DNA of 64,000 nt, taken from the NCBI GenBank assembly GCA_965219995.1, contig CBDCOX010000002.1:2496001-2560000 (forward strand), read 5' to 3'. The notes below the pieces were generated by a model. It did not search any database, had not been told where the DNA came from, and saw only the letters and a program-made list of their open reading frames with translations. The translations under genes were made by a program, and so were the position numbers. The DNA comes from Candidatus Latescibacterota bacterium. Its GTDB lineage: Bacteria > Latescibacterota > UBA2968 > GCA-2709665. Positions 60,797 to 64,000 of this stretch are shown here, piece after piece. Position 1 is the stretch's first letter. Each line of letters opens with the position of its first letter.

Positions 60797-61669
60797 CTAT
60801 TTTCCCAATGCCCGCGCCATCGCGCGAACGTGTTCCGGGCCGGCGCCGCAGCAGGACCCCAGGTAGCGGATGTCCGCCGCCGCCGCGTCCCTCGCGAACC
60901 GTGCGAACTGCGCCGCCGTGGCAGCGGGACCCTTCCACCACGAATGCCAGGCCGATGGCTGACAACAGACAGGCACGTCCACCGCCCGCCGCATCTGAGC
61001 CGCAAAATCCAGCATCGACGATGGCGGGCAGATGCAATTCAATCCCACCACGTCGGCGCCTGCATCCGCCAGCTGTGTGGCGCATTCGGCCGGGGAAAAC
61101 CCGTCGAACGTCTCCGCGTTTCCCCTTCCCTCCATGCTCACCGTAACCACCAGCGGGAGACCCGTTCCTCGGGCCAGATCCAGCGCCAGAAGGGCCTCGT
61201 CCAGCCACGAGAACGTCTCCAGGATGAGGAAATCGACGCCCCCGTCGCAGAGCCAGGGAAGCTGCTCGTCCAGCCACGCGCGCGTCCGGTCCCGCTTCGC
61301 GGCGTCGGAGGGATCGTAATCCATCAGTGAAATGGTCGGGCTGTTCAGATTGCCCGCGACCAGCGCCTCGTCGCCAGCCACTTCCCTGGCGATCCGGCAG
61401 GCCGTGGCATTGATTTCCTTCGCGCGGTCCCCGAGTCCCGCCGGCTTCAGCATGTTTGACGTGCCGAAAAACGTGAGCGTCTGCAGGACCTCGGCCCCGG
61501 CGTCCTTGAACTCCTGCGTCAACCTGCGCACCTCCTCGGGGTGGGTCGCCACCACCTGCGGCGTCATGGCGCCCATGCGCACAAACCCCCGGAGGCGCAG
61601 CCCCATCAGGTAGCCGCCGTCCCCCAGCACGAATCCCTTTTCCAGCCGCTGCATCAGCCCTTCAGCCAT
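60797..61669 (-). CDS. Homocysteine S-methyltransferase family protein
   Basis: VLGDGG, AGAEVLQT, LETF, VGLNC, LGSCCG (Zn ligands). Confidence 0.92.
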   Translation of the reverse strand: MAEGLMQRLEKGFVLGDGGYLMGLRLRGFVRMGAMTPQVVATHPEEVRRLTQEFKDAGAEVLQTLTFFGTSNMLKPAGLGDRAKEINATACRIAREVAGDEALVAGNLNSPTISLMDYDPSDAAKRDRTRAWLDEQLPWLCDGGVDFLILETFSWLDEALLALDLARGTGLPLVVTVSMEGRGNAETFDGFSPAECATQLADAGADVVGLNCICPPSSMLDFAAQMRRAVDVPVCCQPSAWHSWWKGPAATAAQFARFARDAAAADIRYLGSCCGAGPEHVRAMARALGK

Positions 61670-61726
61670 CGGTCAGGATGCCTCTCGGAAATAACAAAGT
61701 AGTACAATTGTCGGGTTTATCGAAGC

Positions 61727-62021
61727 CGGTAGACGGTAGACGTTAGCCGGGAGATGATATCAGCGCCCAAAAAGGGTAGACGTAAGACGTGAGACGTGAG
61801 AGGATATCACTGCCATAAAGTGTTTCTTGTCGTTACGATAACGGTAAATTAGCAGGCACGGTTAGTGTGGAAACACTGCTGTAAATGTCTTCATCTACCG
61901 TCTACCGTCTTGCGTCTCACCGGTTTTATTGCCCCGTGCGGTTTCATCTTGTGCCGGAGGCATAAACGTAGAACCAATCGGGCAGGGATGTCATCTAACG
62001 TCTTGCGTCTCACGTCTCACC
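61727..62021. mobile_element. Heptamer-arm element copy 2 (61775-61922, inverted) nested within an extra pair of arms
   Basis: AGACGGT/AGACGTG heptamer arms at 61727, 61775, 61892 and 61991; core homologous to 42741-42892. Confidence 0.7.
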
Positions 62022-63302
62022 AGGGGCCGGGCTGGATGGGTGCCGGTCCCGGGCTTCCTTTAACAGCGCGATCGCGCCTTCGCATATCCGGCTCTCTGAT
62101 TCCATCTCCAGCGGCGCGAACAACACCTCGTCGCCACCCTCCATGCGTGCGTGCTCCGTGGGCAGATACCCGACCTCCGGGCACGGGTTGCACAACAGCA
62201 GAACCCTGTCGAATGCGGCGGCCTCCCGGATGGCGAACGCGGTCTCCACGAAGGGTTCGCCGGGAATATGGATCAACGCGCTGTTGCCGAAGACAATCGC
62301 ATGAAAATCAAACGTACAGGACGTCCGGTCCCGGTAGGTCCGCGCCAGCCAGTATTCGTATCGCGCGAGCCCCTCAGCGGCGGCGGGGTTCGCCTCCCAT
62401 TCCTTCCGCGCGGCTTCGACGTCCGCCACGGGCTGCCGTTCAATCTCGACTGTGCGCCTGAAAAGGCCCAGTTCCACGTTGGCCCGCGGGGAGAGTCCGT
62501 CGTACACCTCCAGCGCCGATCGGGCCAGCGACCTGCCGATGCGCCCGCACGGGTCGTCCGTTTCCCGCACGGGATGGACGTTGCCCAGCGCGCCCTGGAT
62601 GAAAAGGCCGTCGATTCCTCGCTCGTCGAATCCGCCGACCACCACACCGGGGTAATCCGCCGAGACGTTGCCTCGCAAATCCCACAGGGCGAGCGCGTGA
62701 CAACCGAAATTCGCGAGCGCGATCGGCCGCCTGCCGTCCCGGTCGAACCGTACAACGCCTACCTGGCGATCCACAGCGTCATAGATCAGATCGTCCGGCG
62801 GCCTGGGAAACTCCGTCAGCGAGACCATCCGCAGATTGCCCTGAACATCGTGCGCGCGGCGGTTGTACTGCAGGCCCTGTTCCGCCGTACCTGTGCCGAC
62901 GGCCACGCGGGCGGGCGCAGCGTCGTCCCGGGCCGTTCGGACCGCTTCCGCCGCCGCCCGGGCGTAACGCGCCTCGTTTCCGAATTCCTTCAATGCCTCC
63001 GTGGGCTGATTCACGTAGAACTGGAACAGCGTCGGACCGGTCCCCATATGGCTGGCGCCCGGAAGGATCCAGGCGGGGTCCACGTCGGTTTCCGCCAGGT
63101 CCGCCGCCATCATGTCAAAACAGGCGTCGTCGAAAAGGAACAAATCGGCCGCCAGAAACGTGACCTGCCGGTCGCCCTGGCGCACGTGAAGCGCCCGAAA
63201 GAAGATGGGATCGTAGATTTCGAATGATTCGTGGGCGGGAGGCGTAATGTCCGCCTTGCCGAATCCCGCCAGCAACTGCCCGTTTTTGTTCGAGTCGCTC
63301 AT
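62010..63302 (-). CDS. Neutral/alkaline ceramidase-like hydrolase
   Basis: AGFGKADITPP, ASHMGTGP, NRR, NFGCHA, SADYPG, QGALGN, PGEPF, GYLPT. Confidence 0.8.
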   Translation of the reverse strand: MSDSNKNGQLLAGFGKADITPPAHESFEIYDPIFFRALHVRQGDRQVTFLAADLFLFDDACFDMMAADLAETDVDPAWILPGASHMGTGPTLFQFYVNQPTEALKEFGNEARYARAAAEAVRTARDDAAPARVAVGTGTAEQGLQYNRRAHDVQGNLRMVSLTEFPRPPDDLIYDAVDRQVGVVRFDRDGRRPIALANFGCHALALWDLRGNVSADYPGVVVGGFDERGIDGLFIQGALGNVHPVRETDDPCGRIGRSLARSALEVYDGLSPRANVELGLFRRTVEIERQPVADVEAARKEWEANPAAAEGLARYEYWLARTYRDRTSCTFDFHAIVFGNSALIHIPGEPFVETAFAIREAAAFDRVLLLCNPCPEVGYLPTEHARMEGGDEVLFAPLEMESESRICEGAIALLKEARDRHPSSPAPGET

Positions 63303-63515
63303 CAATGATTTCCTCGCACGTGGAATCGCTCGTTTCACTTTACCCTCAGCGGAGCCAGGCCCAAATTACCAGGCGCGCGGACCGCATCTCATCATAATAC
63401 CGTCGCTATTCGCTGTCAAGCCGGGATCGGGCGGGGTGGAGCGGCCTCCGGCAAACAAAGCCGACGCCGGGGATTAAGTGCTTGACATTGGCGTCCGGGC
63501 TTTATATTTGAGATA

Positions 63516-63622
63516 GGCCCGGGGGTTCGGCAACGTTTCGGCAAGATTCCCTGAAGAGAGCCGTGGGCCGCACGATGCCAACATGGCGTATTCGAAGAGC
63601 GTTAGATGCCAGGCCCCGGCCC
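63516..63622 (+). ncRNA. Candidate structured RNA (long bulged hairpin) behind a TTGACA promoter
   Basis: CCGGGG/CCCCGG, GGCA/TGCC, AACGTTTCG/CGAAGAGCGTT and GCCGTG/CATGGC pairings; TTGACA at 63482 with an AT-rich -10-like region at 63503-63510. Confidence 0.4.
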
Positions 63623-63669
63623 ACCCGCAAGCCGCCCGCGTCCTCTAAATAACGGAGAGACTGAACCTG

Positions 63670-64000
63670 ATGACGGATTTCCTGTTTGCAGCCTATTCAG
63701 CGGAGGTGCTTGCGGCAAGCGTCTTCCTCTTCCTGGTGATTGGATTGGCAAGACCGGCGGTTGCGTCCGGCATGCGCACCTACTATACCGATGCCCGGAT
63801 GGACGTGGTCCGGCACAACCTGGAGCATTATGATTGGGCGCGGGAGCATCGCTCTGGAATCTTGGAGAAAGCGGAGCATTGGGCCGGCTACGACGACGCG
63901 AAGCTGCGCACGCTCGTGTCGCCGCCCCAGGTACCGCGGGCATACCAGGTTCACAACGACGGGTGCCCGGTACACGGGGTCAAAGTCCATGAGCAGGGGC
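63670..64000 (+). CDS. Secreted protein, N-terminus of a heparinase II/III-like protein (partial)
   Basis: Frame open to window end: signal peptide then RTYYT..RHNLEHYDWA...PPQVPRA...GCPVHG; GGAGA RBS. Confidence 0.6.
   Translation, partial: MTDFLFAAYSAEVLAASVFLFLVIGLARPAVASGMRTYYTDARMDVVRHNLEHYDWAREHRSGILEKAEHWAGYDDAKLRTLVSPPQVPRAYQVHNDGCPVHGVKVHEQG

Overview
GC-rich bacterial chromosomal window. The three phytanoyl-CoA dioxygenases, two DegT aminotransferases, Gfo/Idh/MocA oxidoreductase, DUF4143 ATPases and dense REP-like repeats resemble uncultured Latescibacterota/Poribacteria-type genomes; this taxonomy is inference only. Core content: TolC-MFP-RND efflux operon, M16 peptidase, sugar/amino-acid modifying enzymes, an E. 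coli-type frdABCD operon with fumC and a LysR regulator, a glycosyltransferase/aminotransferase/fcl cluster, meaB with a B12-binding mutase subunit, an ABC-2 transporter, an nfeD-floA operon, tRNA-Leu(CAA) and tRNA-Met(CAT). Accessory content: a TA/AlbA-ATPase patch (1-3.2 kb), a XamI-family restriction-modification pair (31.2-33.8 kb) and an AT-richer, decaying island next to tRNA-Leu (about 44.2-54.2 kb). The island carries a DUF5677/HEPN-like gene divergent from a pentapeptide-repeat-FRG fusion, an ApeA-like HEPN protein with an extra C-terminal domain, a frameshifted HepT/DUF86-like RNase, and IS21/IS630 remnants. The best candidates for something undescribed are this divergent pair and HEPN cluster, a trypsin+zincin double pseudo-protease, an approximately 107-nt structured RNA candidate, and a 150-bp element with heptamer-repeat arms. 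Family calls come from motif recognition by eye; no database searches were run.
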